The notes under the pieces: model-generated | What the model was told of the DNA's origin: nothing | Seen by the model: the letters and a program-made list of their open reading frames with translations, nothing else | Databases searched by the model: none | Position numbers and translations under genes: made by a program | Assembly: GCA_035516795.1 (NCBI GenBank) | Contig: DATIZX010000088.1 | Location: 36,750 to 100,749 of the forward strand | Reading direction: 5' to 3' | Origin: Verrucomicrobiia bacterium | GTDB lineage: Bacteria > Verrucomicrobiota > Verrucomicrobiia > Palsa-1439 | Length of the DNA stretch: 64,000 nucleotides | Part shown: one piece after another, positions 29,469 through 38,579 of the stretch | How the letters are laid out: the number at the start of each line of letters is the position of its first letter | How positions within the stretch are numbered: position 1 is the stretch's first letter

Positions 29469-30082
29469 GCTCTGCCTTGTACGTCGCGCACCTCGAAATG
29501 CAGGTGCGGCGCGATCGCCATCCAGTTCCGTGCATCGGCGCTACGCGACGTTTGGCCCATGCGGCCGATTGCTTGCCCTCTGCTGATCGCTGATGGCGGA
29601 TCACTGACAGCTTCTTCCGAAAGATGGCCATACAACGTGTAGAATTTCTCACCGCTGCGCGGCCAATTGTGCTCGACCACGATGTGCTTGCCGAAATCGG
29701 AAGCATTTTCGTCGCTGACGATTTCCGCGACTTTTCCGTCGAGCACACAGAACACGTCATCATGCGGCAAGAACGCCGGTTCTTCGCTTTCAAAATCGCG
29801 GTTGGTTGCGCAGTCGGTGAAAACGACGCGCGTGGTCTTGCCGGTCGCGGTTACCTTGACCGGCGCGATGTCGCATCCGCGATGGAACCGTTTCCCGCAG
29901 TCGCGCGTCCACCCGGGTTTTCCGTAATCGGGGTTGCCCCGCGTGCGCGCGAAAAATCTCTGGGGTGAGTCAAACAGTGAATGGTTCGGCGTCGGCCACG
30001 CAACGCGGATTGTTTCGTGGCTTGGCAGCGGCACGAATTGCTGATAGTCTGCGGGCAGCTTCACGAACAAGGAGTGTAACAA
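29423..30082 (-). CDS. M23 family metallopeptidase
   Basis: FHRGCD, FGKHIVVEH, YTLYGHL, GRMGQT, PHLHFEV. Start uncertain (TTG 30082 or GTG 30064). Confidence 0.85.
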   Translation of the reverse strand: MLHSLFVKLPADYQQFVPLPSHETIRVAWPTPNHSLFDSPQRFFARTRGNPDYGKPGWTRDCGKRFHRGCDIAPVKVTATGKTTRVVFTDCATNRDFESEEPAFLPHDDVFCVLDGKVAEIVSDENASDFGKHIVVEHNWPRSGEKFYTLYGHLSEEAVSDPPSAISRGQAIGRMGQTSRSADARNWMAIAPHLHFEVRDVQGRAYDPVEFLQEFLPRG

Positions 30083-30087
30083 CTGCG

Positions 30088-32553
30088 ATGAGCGATCAGC
30101 AAGAATTGCAGCAACTCCGCGAAGAAGTTCGACAACTCCGGCAGCGGCTCGAAGAGATCAGTCGGATATTGGATCGACTGCAATCGACCGCGCCACCGAC
30201 AATATTGGCCGCCACCACATCGTCGCGAACGGCTGGTGACGCGCCGCCGCCGCTGGAAACAGGGGGCGAGACGGTCCTACCTACGAGCGTCGAAGTTGCT
30301 GTGGGTGAAGTCCCGCCAACGTTTGTTCCTCCCCCGGTTGTTCCACCGCAGGAGTCATTTGAAGTTCGGCTCGGCACCTACTGGTTGCCGCGAATTGGAA
30401 TCGCCGTGTTCCTGACTGGTATGGTTTTCTTTGCCGCGTGGGTTACGCCGCGATTGACTGCCCCGCACAAGGTAGCGCTTGGCTATTTGACCTGCTTCCT
30501 CATCGGAGTGCTGGGCATCTGGTTGGACAAGAAGACACCGCAGTTCGCGCGGATATTGCAGGCTGGTGCGCTGGCCTTGGCGTACTTTGTCACCTACGCC
30601 GCGTACTTCGTGGATGCCTTCCGCATCATCCATAATCTCGGGCTGGCCCTCGGGATGTTGTCGGTGGTCGTGCTGTTTATTGTCGCCGTGGCGCAAGAAC
30701 AACAATCTCCTACGCTCGGCGGAATGGCGCTGTTCTTTGGCTATTACACATCTGTTGTCAGCGGCGTGGCGACGTTTACCCTGGCTTCGAATGCCGTGCT
30801 GGCCTTGGCGGCAATCTTTTTCCTGATGCGGAATCGCTGGGTGCACATTTCTTATGGCGCCGTTCTGGCGACATATCTCACCTACATGATTTGGGTGTGG
30901 AAGCTTACCAATTGGGGTGACCTCGACCACCTGATCTTCGACTCCGGCTATTTGGCTGCGCCGGACTTCCGATTGCGCGCGGCGTTTCTGTCGTTGTACT
31001 GGCTGGTGTTTATGGTCGGCGGGCTGATTGCGAATCGTGAGGCAATGAGCGCGCCGGAGCGCAATGGCTTACTGACGCTCAACAACGTATTCTTTTTCCT
31101 CTTGTTTTCGCTCCTGATGCACCATGCGTATCCCGATAAACAATGGGCCTTTCAATTCTGTTTCGGTGGCGCGTTGTTGATCTTGTCGGCGTTGGCGTAT
31201 CAACCGCTTGCGCCTGAACGCAGCGTGATGGATGCACTGTTCTTACAGGGGGTAGCGGTTGCGACGCTCGGGCTGATCAGCTATTTCAAAGGGGTGCGGC
31301 TGGTCGCTGTATTGTCCTTGGAAAGCGCGTTTCTGTTGGTGCTGGCGCGTTGGATGCAATTGCGTTGGGTTGCCTGGATAGGCCGCGCCGCATTCGCGGT
31401 CGCCGCCGTGTATGCGTGGAGCCGGTACGAGGATTGGGACGCGGCGCTGCGCTACGGCGTGTGGTTTGCTACTGCGGCAGGATTCGTTTGTGCGCGGTTG
31501 GAGAACCGGACGCCCGGAGTGGTAGCCGCAGGCTTTAGCCTGCGTGAGGATTCAACGAACGCACCCGTAAAAGGTGTGGCTACATTGAACCTGTCTGCTT
31601 TTTATTTCGCCATTCTGGCTACCGGATTGGCGATGACAGCGGCCCGGCAAGAGTTTTCGACCAACGCGTTGCCTTGGGTTTGGATTTTGGGCGCCGTTCT
31701 CGTGGCGGTTGTTGGAGGCGCGCTTCGGACACGTGAAATTCTGTGGGCGTCGCATCTGCCGTTGGCGTGGGCTTACGGTGAATACTACGCCGCTCGAGTG
31801 GATGACCGAGCGTGGGCGCTGGCGCCATCGCTGGCCTTAATCGCCGTGACATTCGCATTCGGCCTTGTGATGTGGGGCCGCGCGCGGGCGGACGACGATC
31901 CAGCGCGAGCTTCGACTGCATTCTTGCCGTATGCAGTCTTTGCGATATTGGTTGCCATTATCGCGACTTTGGATTTCGTTCCGAAACCGTGGCGGCTGAC
32001 GGCGTTCGCGGCGGAAACATTGATCTTGATCATTGCAGCGGCGCTGGCAAACGAGCGCGTGTTTGCGTGGTCGTCGTTGGCAACGTTGATTGTCGGCGTT
32101 TTGGGTTATCTGGCCATGAGACGTCGCGTGTTCTTAGATAATGAAACTGCGGCATGGTGGAATTTTATCATCGCATTCCTGCTCTTCCTAGTTTCCGAGC
32201 GAATCTGTAAACGGCGCGCCACTGTTCCGAAGCAGAGCGTTTGGCTGGTGGCTGCGCTGACGTTGGTGGCGCTGTTCGCGCTACAAAGACTTGCGGGCAG
32301 CGCGTATCTGACCGTGAGTTGGGCGGTGCTGGGGTTTGTGCTGCTGGCATTTGGATTTGCGGTGAAAGAACGGTCGTATCGGATGGCTGGACTGGTGACG
32401 TTGGGATTCAGTTTGCTGCGGGCCGTGCTGCACGACCTGGCGAACGTGGAAACCATCTACCGCATTCTGTCGTTCATCGGTCTTGGAGTGATTCTTCTCG
32501 TGCTGGCGTTCCTCTACGCCAAGAACCGCGAGAAACTGGCGAAGTGGTTGTAG
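30088..32553 (+). CDS. DUF2339-family polytopic membrane protein
   Basis: N-terminal coiled coil and Pro-rich linker, FEVRLGTYWLPRIG, many TMs, C-terminal RILSFIGLG. Confidence 0.85.
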   Translation: MSDQQELQQLREEVRQLRQRLEEISRILDRLQSTAPPTILAATTSSRTAGDAPPPLETGGETVLPTSVEVAVGEVPPTFVPPPVVPPQESFEVRLGTYWLPRIGIAVFLTGMVFFAAWVTPRLTAPHKVALGYLTCFLIGVLGIWLDKKTPQFARILQAGALALAYFVTYAAYFVDAFRIIHNLGLALGMLSVVVLFIVAVAQEQQSPTLGGMALFFGYYTSVVSGVATFTLASNAVLALAAIFFLMRNRWVHISYGAVLATYLTYMIWVWKLTNWGDLDHLIFDSGYLAAPDFRLRAAFLSLYWLVFMVGGLIANREAMSAPERNGLLTLNNVFFFLLFSLLMHHAYPDKQWAFQFCFGGALLILSALAYQPLAPERSVMDALFLQGVAVATLGLISYFKGVRLVAVLSLESAFLLVLARWMQLRWVAWIGRAAFAVAAVYAWSRYEDWDAALRYGVWFATAAGFVCARLENRTPGVVAAGFSLREDSTNAPVKGVATLNLSAFYFAILATGLAMTAARQEFSTNALPWVWILGAVLVAVVGGALRTREILWASHLPLAWAYGEYYAARVDDRAWALAPSLALIAVTFAFGLVMWGRARADDDPARASTAFLPYAVFAILVAIIATLDFVPKPWRLTAFAAETLILIIAAALANERVFAWSSLATLIVGVLGYLAMRRRVFLDNETAAWWNFIIAFLLFLVSERICKRRATVPKQSVWLVAALTLVALFALQRLAGSAYLTVSWAVLGFVLLAFGFAVKERSYRMAGLVTLGFSLLRAVLHDLANVETIYRILSFIGLGVILLVLAFLYAKNREKLAKWL
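31522..31583 (+). repeat. GTAG-type REP doublet inside the DUF2339 CDS
   Basis: GTAGCCGCAGGCTTTAGCCTGCG...CGCACCCGTAAAAGGTGTGGCTAC. The first 23 bp are identical to the intergenic copy at 44080. Confidence 0.85.
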
Positions 32554-32581
32554 CGGCCAATCTCATAAAGCTCAAGGTACA

Positions 32582-32645
32582 GCGAGCTGGGCCAGCCCAT
32601 CCTAACGAAACCGTTGGTAGGGCGCGGTGCCCCTACCGCGCCGCC
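32582..32645. repeat. REP-like GTAG palindrome (different family) between convergent genes
   Basis: GTAGGGCGCGGTGCCCCTACCGCGCCG at 32617, preceded by a degenerate partner. Confidence 0.5.
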
Positions 32646-32678
32646 GGGTTCATGGGCATTTCCGATACACGTTCTGGT

Positions 32679-32879
32679 TCACAGCGCGGAGACGACGTTG
32701 AGTTCGACGAAGTCGTCGTTGACGGTGGTGCAGGGGCAGAGTTCGAGTCGGTAACGAATTTCGTCGCGGAGGGCGTCGAGAGCGTTGGTGGGGCTGAGGC
32801 CGGTCGCACTGCATTGCATGCTTTCACATTCAGCGACAAATCCGTCGCTGCCGGATTCTACAGTGACATTGAATCGCAT
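32679..32879 (-). CDS. Small HicB-like (antitoxin-fold) protein, 66 aa
   Basis: MRFNVTVESGSDGFVAEC...SATG.SP.NALDALRDEI follows the HicB N-terminal beta-beta-beta-alpha pattern. Confidence 0.5.
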   Translation of the reverse strand: MRFNVTVESGSDGFVAECESMQCSATGLSPTNALDALRDEIRYRLELCPCTTVNDDFVELNVVSAL

Positions 32880-33110
32880 TCTGTTTGGGACTTTAAGGCG
32901 TAGAGAAGACCTGGTCAACGCCACCAGCGACGATTTTTGCGGGCAGTGGGAGTTGCATTCCGGCGGGTCGCGATAGGAGTGTCGCCCCCGCGACGTACTG
33001 TGCAGGGGTGGATCGAGCGACCATGCCACTGATCATCGTAACGATTTCCTACCTGCGCCATGCTGACCGCCCTCCGTTTGACTTTTCGTTGGCTGCGGTT
33101 AGTTTCGCTG

Positions 33111-33554
33111 GTGACTGACATCATTGACGTCCTGGTGATTGAGCACCAGGTCTTCCTCGCTTTATTCGATGAGGTTGAACGCGCGCTACCGAAGTTGAAA
33201 GCCGTGGGTGAAGTCAGGATGTTATGCCGGTTGGTGGCGGGGCTGCTTCACAATCACGGCGACGAGGAGGCCAACCTGATTTATATCGCTTTGGACCACG
33301 TGCTGCTGGAACGCCACCAACTCGCGCGCTTGAATCACGATCACCACGAGCTGGACGTGGTGCTCAAACAGGTGGAAGCACTCGACGATTTGGGGCAAGC
33401 GCGCCGACAGTTCAAAGCCACGTTAATGATGGCACGGGATCACTTCCTGGATGAAGAGCGGAATGTTTTTCCCGTGATCGAACGCGTGCTCCACCGCGGC
33501 ACGCTGATGGAACTGGGCAACGCCTGGAGGGCGCGTTACCATTTTTCCCGATAA
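33111..33554 (+). CDS. Hemerythrin (HHE) domain protein
   Basis: EH...F, H.DEE...Y, H..L, HF.DEE...FP spacing. Start uncertain (33060 or GTG 33111). Confidence 0.8.
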   Translation: MTDIIDVLVIEHQVFLALFDEVERALPKLKAVGEVRMLCRLVAGLLHNHGDEEANLIYIALDHVLLERHQLARLNHDHHELDVVLKQVEALDDLGQARRQFKATLMMARDHFLDEERNVFPVIERVLHRGTLMELGNAWRARYHFSR

Positions 33555-33620
33555 CCCCACGCCCCATGCTGCGTTCGACTCGGGTCTATCGGCGGTTGTT
33601 CAGTACTGGTAGTTTTCGCC

Positions 33621-33671
33621 GTAGCGGCGCGCGTCGAATCATGAGCCGCCGCGATCGCAGACCGCCGTTAC
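33621..33671. repeat. REP-like doublet (GTAGCGGCGG-type)
   Basis: GTAGCGGC...GCCGCGATCGCAGACCGCCGTTAC; related to the copy at 43082-43126. Confidence 0.55.
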
Positions 33672-33763
33672 AATTCTCAAACTGGACCGCTGCCACTTGT
33701 TCCGGATGATTGACTTTTTGACGGGAACACGTGAACAATGGACAAAACCTGAGGGGAAAAGTC

Positions 33764-35884
33764 ATGTTGAGAGATTTCCGCATTTTGGCTGTGATTGGTT
33801 TGCTGGCAGTGACCGGTCAATCCTACGCGGCGCCCAGGGCCAAGCCCATTATCCTGGATAGTTTTGGTGGCACGTACGGCAGCACGCCGGAAGCTGCGGT
33901 GGTCGAGGGCAGCGACGGCAATTTTTACGGAACGACCATTGCCGGTGGGACCAGATTTGTCGGCACCATCTACAAGCTCACTCCCGCCGGTCAATTGGTC
34001 ATCCTGCACAGTTTCGACGGCACCGATGGCGCACATCCCAAGGCGAGTCTGATCGAGGGCAGCGACAGCAATTTCTACGGGACGACATTCAGTGGCGGGA
34101 CAAATGACGCCGGCACCGTGTTTCAGTTCAGCCCGGACGGTACCTTGGTCACGCTGTATGCCTTTGGCGGTGGCGACGGCGCGCATCCGTCGGCCGAGTT
34201 GGTGGAGGGGTTTGACGGGAATTTTTACGGGACCACCTACGACGGAGGCTCGGATGACGATGGCACGGTTTTTCAGATTACTTCCGCCGGCGACTTGACC
34301 ATGCTGCACAGCTTCAACGGTACCGACGGCGCGCTGCCGCTGGCCGGGCTGGTTCAGGGGAGCGACAGCAATTTTTACGGAACGACTTACCGGGGCGGGA
34401 CAAACGATCACGGCACCGTTTTCCAGATCACTTCGACCGGGACACTGACTGTACTGTATCAGTTTGACGGTGGAACGAATGGCTCCAGCCCCGCAGCAAC
34501 GCTGACGCAAGGCCGCGACGGCTTTTTTTATGGAACCGCAGCAGGTGGGTCCGACCGCGGCCTCATATTCAAGATCAGTGTCGCCGGAGAACTGACCAAA
34601 TTGCATCGTTTGAAAAGCCTCCAAGGTCGTCCGCTGATTTCCCATCTCGTCGAAGGCAACGACGGTACTTTTTATGGAACGGCGCGCGGAGGCGGTGAAC
34701 ATTTCGGGACTGTCTTTCGAGTCGGCCCGAATGGCGCGTTCATTGACCTGTATCGATTTTGGGGCACTGCTGACGGCGCTTTTCCGTATGCCGGACTGAC
34801 CTTGGCCAGCGATGGCTTTTTCTACGGCACGACGGCCTTCGGCGGCACCAGGCTTCACGGAGTGATTTTCAAGATCAAAGGGTTGCCCAGCACATTTAAC
34901 GGCCTGGTCATTCAGACCAATGCGCCCTCCAACGCCAGCTCCGGTATCATCAGCGTGAAGCTCCGACAATCGGGTTCTTTCCGGGCGAGGCTGACGATGG
35001 CGGGCGACCGCTCTGTATTCCACGGGCATTTCGATGAGTTCGGTAATGCGACGAACACAGTGCGGCGCGGAAACCTGAACGCCCTCCAAACCATTTTGCA
35101 TTTGAGCGAATACGGCGGGACCAATGCGATTCTCGGAACCGTTTCGGACGGCGTTTTCACTTCGGAACTGGTGGCCGATCAGGCCGCATTTTATCGGGGA
35201 CACGCCCGGGCCTGTCCGTGGAAAGGCCGGTACACGTTTGACCTGACGCCGGCGGATCGGAATGATGTCAACGTGCCGCAGGGCTACGGATATGCAACGC
35301 TGCTGGTATTGAGCAATGGAGAGGGACGACTGCAGGGCGCCTTGGCCGACGGCACATCGATCCAAACCCACATTCGCGTCTCAGCGATTGGCACCTGGCC
35401 GCTCTACAAGGCGCTCTACCAAAAAGGCGGCTCCTGCCTTGGAACGATTGTGTTGTCCACCAACGCCGCCATCGATGCGACGATTGACTGGTTCAAGCCG
35501 GCGACGGGCGGCCGCTTTTATCCGGCTGAGTTCACCACCGCGTTGACGGCAACTGGATCGCGCTATTTCTCGACGGTGGCGGGTGCGCCTTCGATTGCGA
35601 CCAACGCGCTAATCACGCTGGGCGGTGGCAATTTATCCAGCAACATCGTCAAGGACGCCGTGATTGATGCGGACGGTAACGTTACGGTGACGCCCACCGG
35701 CGATGATAACCTCGCTTTGCAGATCACGCCGGCAACGGGAGAAATCACTGGCAGTTTCTTCAACGCGAGCATTAACAAGACAGTGGGGTTGAATGGACTG
35801 CTGCTGCAAATCGATAATTCCGGGGCAGGTTTCTTTTTGGGGACAAACCAGAGCGGGTTTGTGGTGATCGAACCGACGCCGTAG
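33764..35884 (+). CDS. Secreted GloVer (Gloeobacter/Verrucomicrobia) repeat beta-propeller protein with a beta-rich C-terminal domain
   Basis: Signal peptide; seven G..P.A.L..G.DG.FYGT..GG...GTVF repeats. Confidence 0.88.
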   Translation: MLRDFRILAVIGLLAVTGQSYAAPRAKPIILDSFGGTYGSTPEAAVVEGSDGNFYGTTIAGGTRFVGTIYKLTPAGQLVILHSFDGTDGAHPKASLIEGSDSNFYGTTFSGGTNDAGTVFQFSPDGTLVTLYAFGGGDGAHPSAELVEGFDGNFYGTTYDGGSDDDGTVFQITSAGDLTMLHSFNGTDGALPLAGLVQGSDSNFYGTTYRGGTNDHGTVFQITSTGTLTVLYQFDGGTNGSSPAATLTQGRDGFFYGTAAGGSDRGLIFKISVAGELTKLHRLKSLQGRPLISHLVEGNDGTFYGTARGGGEHFGTVFRVGPNGAFIDLYRFWGTADGAFPYAGLTLASDGFFYGTTAFGGTRLHGVIFKIKGLPSTFNGLVIQTNAPSNASSGIISVKLRQSGSFRARLTMAGDRSVFHGHFDEFGNATNTVRRGNLNALQTILHLSEYGGTNAILGTVSDGVFTSELVADQAAFYRGHARACPWKGRYTFDLTPADRNDVNVPQGYGYATLLVLSNGEGRLQGALADGTSIQTHIRVSAIGTWPLYKALYQKGGSCLGTIVLSTNAAIDATIDWFKPATGGRFYPAEFTTALTATGSRYFSTVAGAPSIATNALITLGGGNLSSNIVKDAVIDADGNVTVTPTGDDNLALQITPATGEITGSFFNASINKTVGLNGLLLQIDNSGAGFFLGTNQSGFVVIEPTP

Positions 35885-35908
35885 TTCCGCAGCGGAGATC
35901 CCGCCCGG

Positions 35909-36526
35909 TCAAGAAATCTGGTACAGATCCTTGACCTGTTGCAGCGTTTCCGACGCTTGGGTGGTGTATTGCAGGATGTGGTCCGTCGAGATTTTGAGAA
36001 TCTCCAAGGTTTCGCCTCGCTCGTTCAGGTCAAAGGAACGCAGCCCGTGGCCGTGCCCGATGGAGTAGGCGATAAAATCCCCCAAATGCACACAAGCGGT
36101 CAACTGCTGATAACCCTCGGCGGCAGCGGGCTGGTGATGATATCGCACCGCCGCCACGGCCGTGGTGACGGAGTGATCCCACAACGCGTTCGCCTCAGCC
36201 AGATCGGCTTGTTTCGCCCCGTGCAACGTGGACGAGAAAATCACCGACACGACGATGTCGTAGATCAGATGGAAACCGATTCGCATCACGGCGTATTGCA
36301 AATTGTCGATCGGCGTATCCGGGCAAAAATAGGCGCTGTTGCAGATGCGCAGGACGTTGGCGGTGAGCGGTTGGTCGTGGGAAATCAGGTCTACGACCTT
36401 GTTGCAGTCGATATTGGGTTGACGGAGCAGCGGCAGGAGCGAAGACAAAATGACCGGTGCAGGCACCAAGTATTGTGCCTTGTCGATATAGTCGTCGCAC
36501 GTCAGCATACAGATATATCCCCGCAA
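35909..36526 (-). pseudogene. HDOD domain gene with an apparent internal in-frame deletion (possible pseudogene)
   Basis: LPAP-like start, DQPLTANVLRICNSAYF, AVMRIG, LWDHSVTTAVAA joined directly to VRYHHQP. The usual LLHDIGK segment is missing. Confidence 0.6.
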
Positions 36527-36826
36527 TGATTTATCGGCAGGTTTCGGCCTTGGCTTCAGCCCAATTTCCGTTGCGACCTATCATTGCCTGGTGCACGCTG
36601 CGGCAACAGGAAAAGTGTGGCGCGTGGCATTGGCCGCTTGGCAACGGTGATCAACAAATTCGAACTCCGGCTGCGCGCAGTTTGGACTGGACAGCGCAAC
36701 AGCCCTTAAGACTTATGACAAATGAGACTTGGTCCCTTTCCTCTCTCCGAAACTTTCACGGCTATCGAAAATGAAACCGCAGTCGCCCTCACCGGTGCGG
36801 CCGGAAGCCGGTCCAGTGTGAGGCGG

Positions 36827-37927
36827 CTACCTATCGGCCTTTGGAGGAAGGAGGTCGGGATACAGTTCGCGCATCACCAATTTCGCTCTACGATCAACTG
36901 TGAACAAGCCCCAATGTTTTTCCGCTCCGAACGCGTTGGAGGGGTCGCCCTTCCAGTCCTCATCAAACGCTTCGAAAATGAAAGTGGTGACATTGTTGCG
37001 AGCCGCCCAAGCTGTCAATTCATCGACATACCGCTTTTGATTCTCCTCGCTGGCTCGTTTGCCAAATTCGCTCGCCACCGAGGGCCAGCCAGCTTCGCCG
37101 ACTACGATGCGGCTGTGGGGAAGCGCCGCGTGAACGGCTTGGATATTCGCAATGGAATAGGGCAATCCTTCGTCAAGGTCCTTATTCTCCCACGCGGGAT
37201 ATGTATGCACGGTAACGAAATCGATCTCTTTCGCCAACGGCACGCCATTTTTTGTCCACCACGCATAATTGTCAGCGACCGTTACCGGCTGCGGGATGGC
37301 ATGTTTTACCTGGCGCACATAGGAAATTACGGAATCCAGACTCACCATGTGGTCGTTCCAGTCCACAAGCGCTTCGTTGCCGACGTTGACGGCTACGACA
37401 ATGCTCGGGTATTCGTTCGCCAAACGAATTGCGCTTTTGATTTCATTTTGGTTCTTGATCTTATTCATGTCCAGCGTCGCTTGGGGAATCGGCGTTGTGA
37501 GCCAGCGGCAATGTGGATTACTGACTTCCGCAGAAAGCCACGCACCGAGCATTACTTTCAACCTAATCTTGTTGGCTTGAATCAAACGCAGGGCCCTGGC
37601 CGAGTTTGCTTGCGAGTCGTAGAGTCGGATGATCCCGAAGTTGGAATTGCGGGCGATAATTCTCAAATCTTCTAGGATCTCCTTATCGCTTGGGTTTGCC
37701 GCGCCATCGCCACGATCCGGATGCTGACCGTGTCTGAATCCGGAATACGCCAGCCCCTTGGCAAAGCCGGCCAGAAGATCAGCCTTCGTCTGGTGAATCG
37801 TGGTCGAGTTCTGCACCTCGTGGTTCGTTTGGGCGAGACACGCTTGGCCCAAAACCAATATGAACGAAACCATGGCCGCCAAAATGATGCAAATCCATTG
37901 TGCTGTCTGAGGATGATTTCGTTTCAT
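36827..37927 (-). CDS. Secreted glycoside hydrolase family 17 (beta-1,3-glucanase-like)
   Basis: GLAYSGFR, IRLY, VNVGNEAL (acid/base), VGEAGWPS (nucleophile), FEAFDEDWK, EKHWGLF. Confidence 0.88.
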   Translation of the reverse strand: MKRNHPQTAQWICIILAAMVSFILVLGQACLAQTNHEVQNSTTIHQTKADLLAGFAKGLAYSGFRHGQHPDRGDGAANPSDKEILEDLRIIARNSNFGIIRLYDSQANSARALRLIQANKIRLKVMLGAWLSAEVSNPHCRWLTTPIPQATLDMNKIKNQNEIKSAIRLANEYPSIVVAVNVGNEALVDWNDHMVSLDSVISYVRQVKHAIPQPVTVADNYAWWTKNGVPLAKEIDFVTVHTYPAWENKDLDEGLPYSIANIQAVHAALPHSRIVVGEAGWPSVASEFGKRASEENQKRYVDELTAWAARNNVTTFIFEAFDEDWKGDPSNAFGAEKHWGLFTVDRRAKLVMRELYPDLLPPKADR

Positions 37928-38128
37928 GAGTTCGCTCTTCTGGCTGCTAGATGGACAAGCATAAACATACGGTAGAGGATGCGAGGGGTACTCGGCACAA
38001 TTAAGAAATAAAGAGCTGGGCTGGGAGATTGCAAGGAGAAAGGTGCTGGTGTCGTGAGAACTTCTGCTGAGGGAGCGGGCAGGCGGGGCCTATGGGGTTC
38101 GAGGGGGTGGGTTCGGTAAGTTCAAGAG

Positions 38129-38205
38129 TGGCGCGCCCAGCAGGAGTTGAACCTGCAACCTTTGGTTCCGTAGACCAACGCTCTATCCAATTGAGCTATG
38201 GGCGC
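38129..38205 (-). tRNA. tRNA-Arg(ACG)
   Basis: GCGCCCATAGCTCAATTGGATAGAGCGTTGGTCTACGGAACCAAAGGTTGCAGGTTCAACTCCTGCTGGGCGCGCCA; anticodon ACG, encoded CCA. Confidence 0.96.
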
Positions 38206-38224
38206 ACCCCGCAATGCGTCCCGC

Positions 38225-38253
38225 ACTATAGGCGCGACGTTCCCCTCTCGCAA
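38225..38253 (-). promoter_or_regulatory. Sigma70 promoter of tRNA-Arg
   Basis: Minus strand TTGCGA-17nt-TATAGT about 20 nt upstream of the tRNA. Confidence 0.65.
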
Positions 38254-38309
38254 CGAAAAATCCCATGGCTGGGAATAGGAGTCTTGATCTCTAGGCTCAA
38301 CCGAATCCG

Positions 38310-38337
38310 GCAGACGAAATGGAATTCTATCCGGTCA
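38310..38337 (+). repeat. 28-bp direct repeat, copy 1 (upstream of the GH13 gene)
   Basis: GCAGACGAAATGGAATTCTATCCGGTCA; 27/28 identical to 42962-42989. Confidence 0.85.
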
Positions 38338-38579
38338 GGCCTTTGCCTTCCGCAACACGCATTTATCTTGCTTTTCCAGAGAAACCAGGTTTACAAACAT
38401 CTCAGCGCCCCGAGGGGCTAGACCTGAAGGCTCCGAAATGCCTCACGTCCGCGCGTGAGGTTGGGAGTAGAAAATGGAATCGTTGCGAGGCATCAACGGA
38501 GGCGGTCTTGAATGAGGGGAGCGCTCAAGCTCTTCGCTCTGCTTCGCCTATGATGATCCCGACTGCGAACTCTTTTGCC

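Noticed and set aside
33677-35371. 564-aa minus-strand ORF with apparent repeats
   Set aside because: Its periodicity simply mirrors the GloVer repeats on the coding strand.
36530-36600. Possible c-di-GMP riboswitch upstream of the HDOD gene
   Set aside because: Only a partial resemblance (GAAGCC..GGCCGAAACC); the GGCAAAC...GAAA first stem is absent.
32553-38129. Possible genomic island downstream of the tRNA-Arg 3' end
   Set aside because: The genes look accessory, but no integrase or duplicated tRNA 3' end was found.
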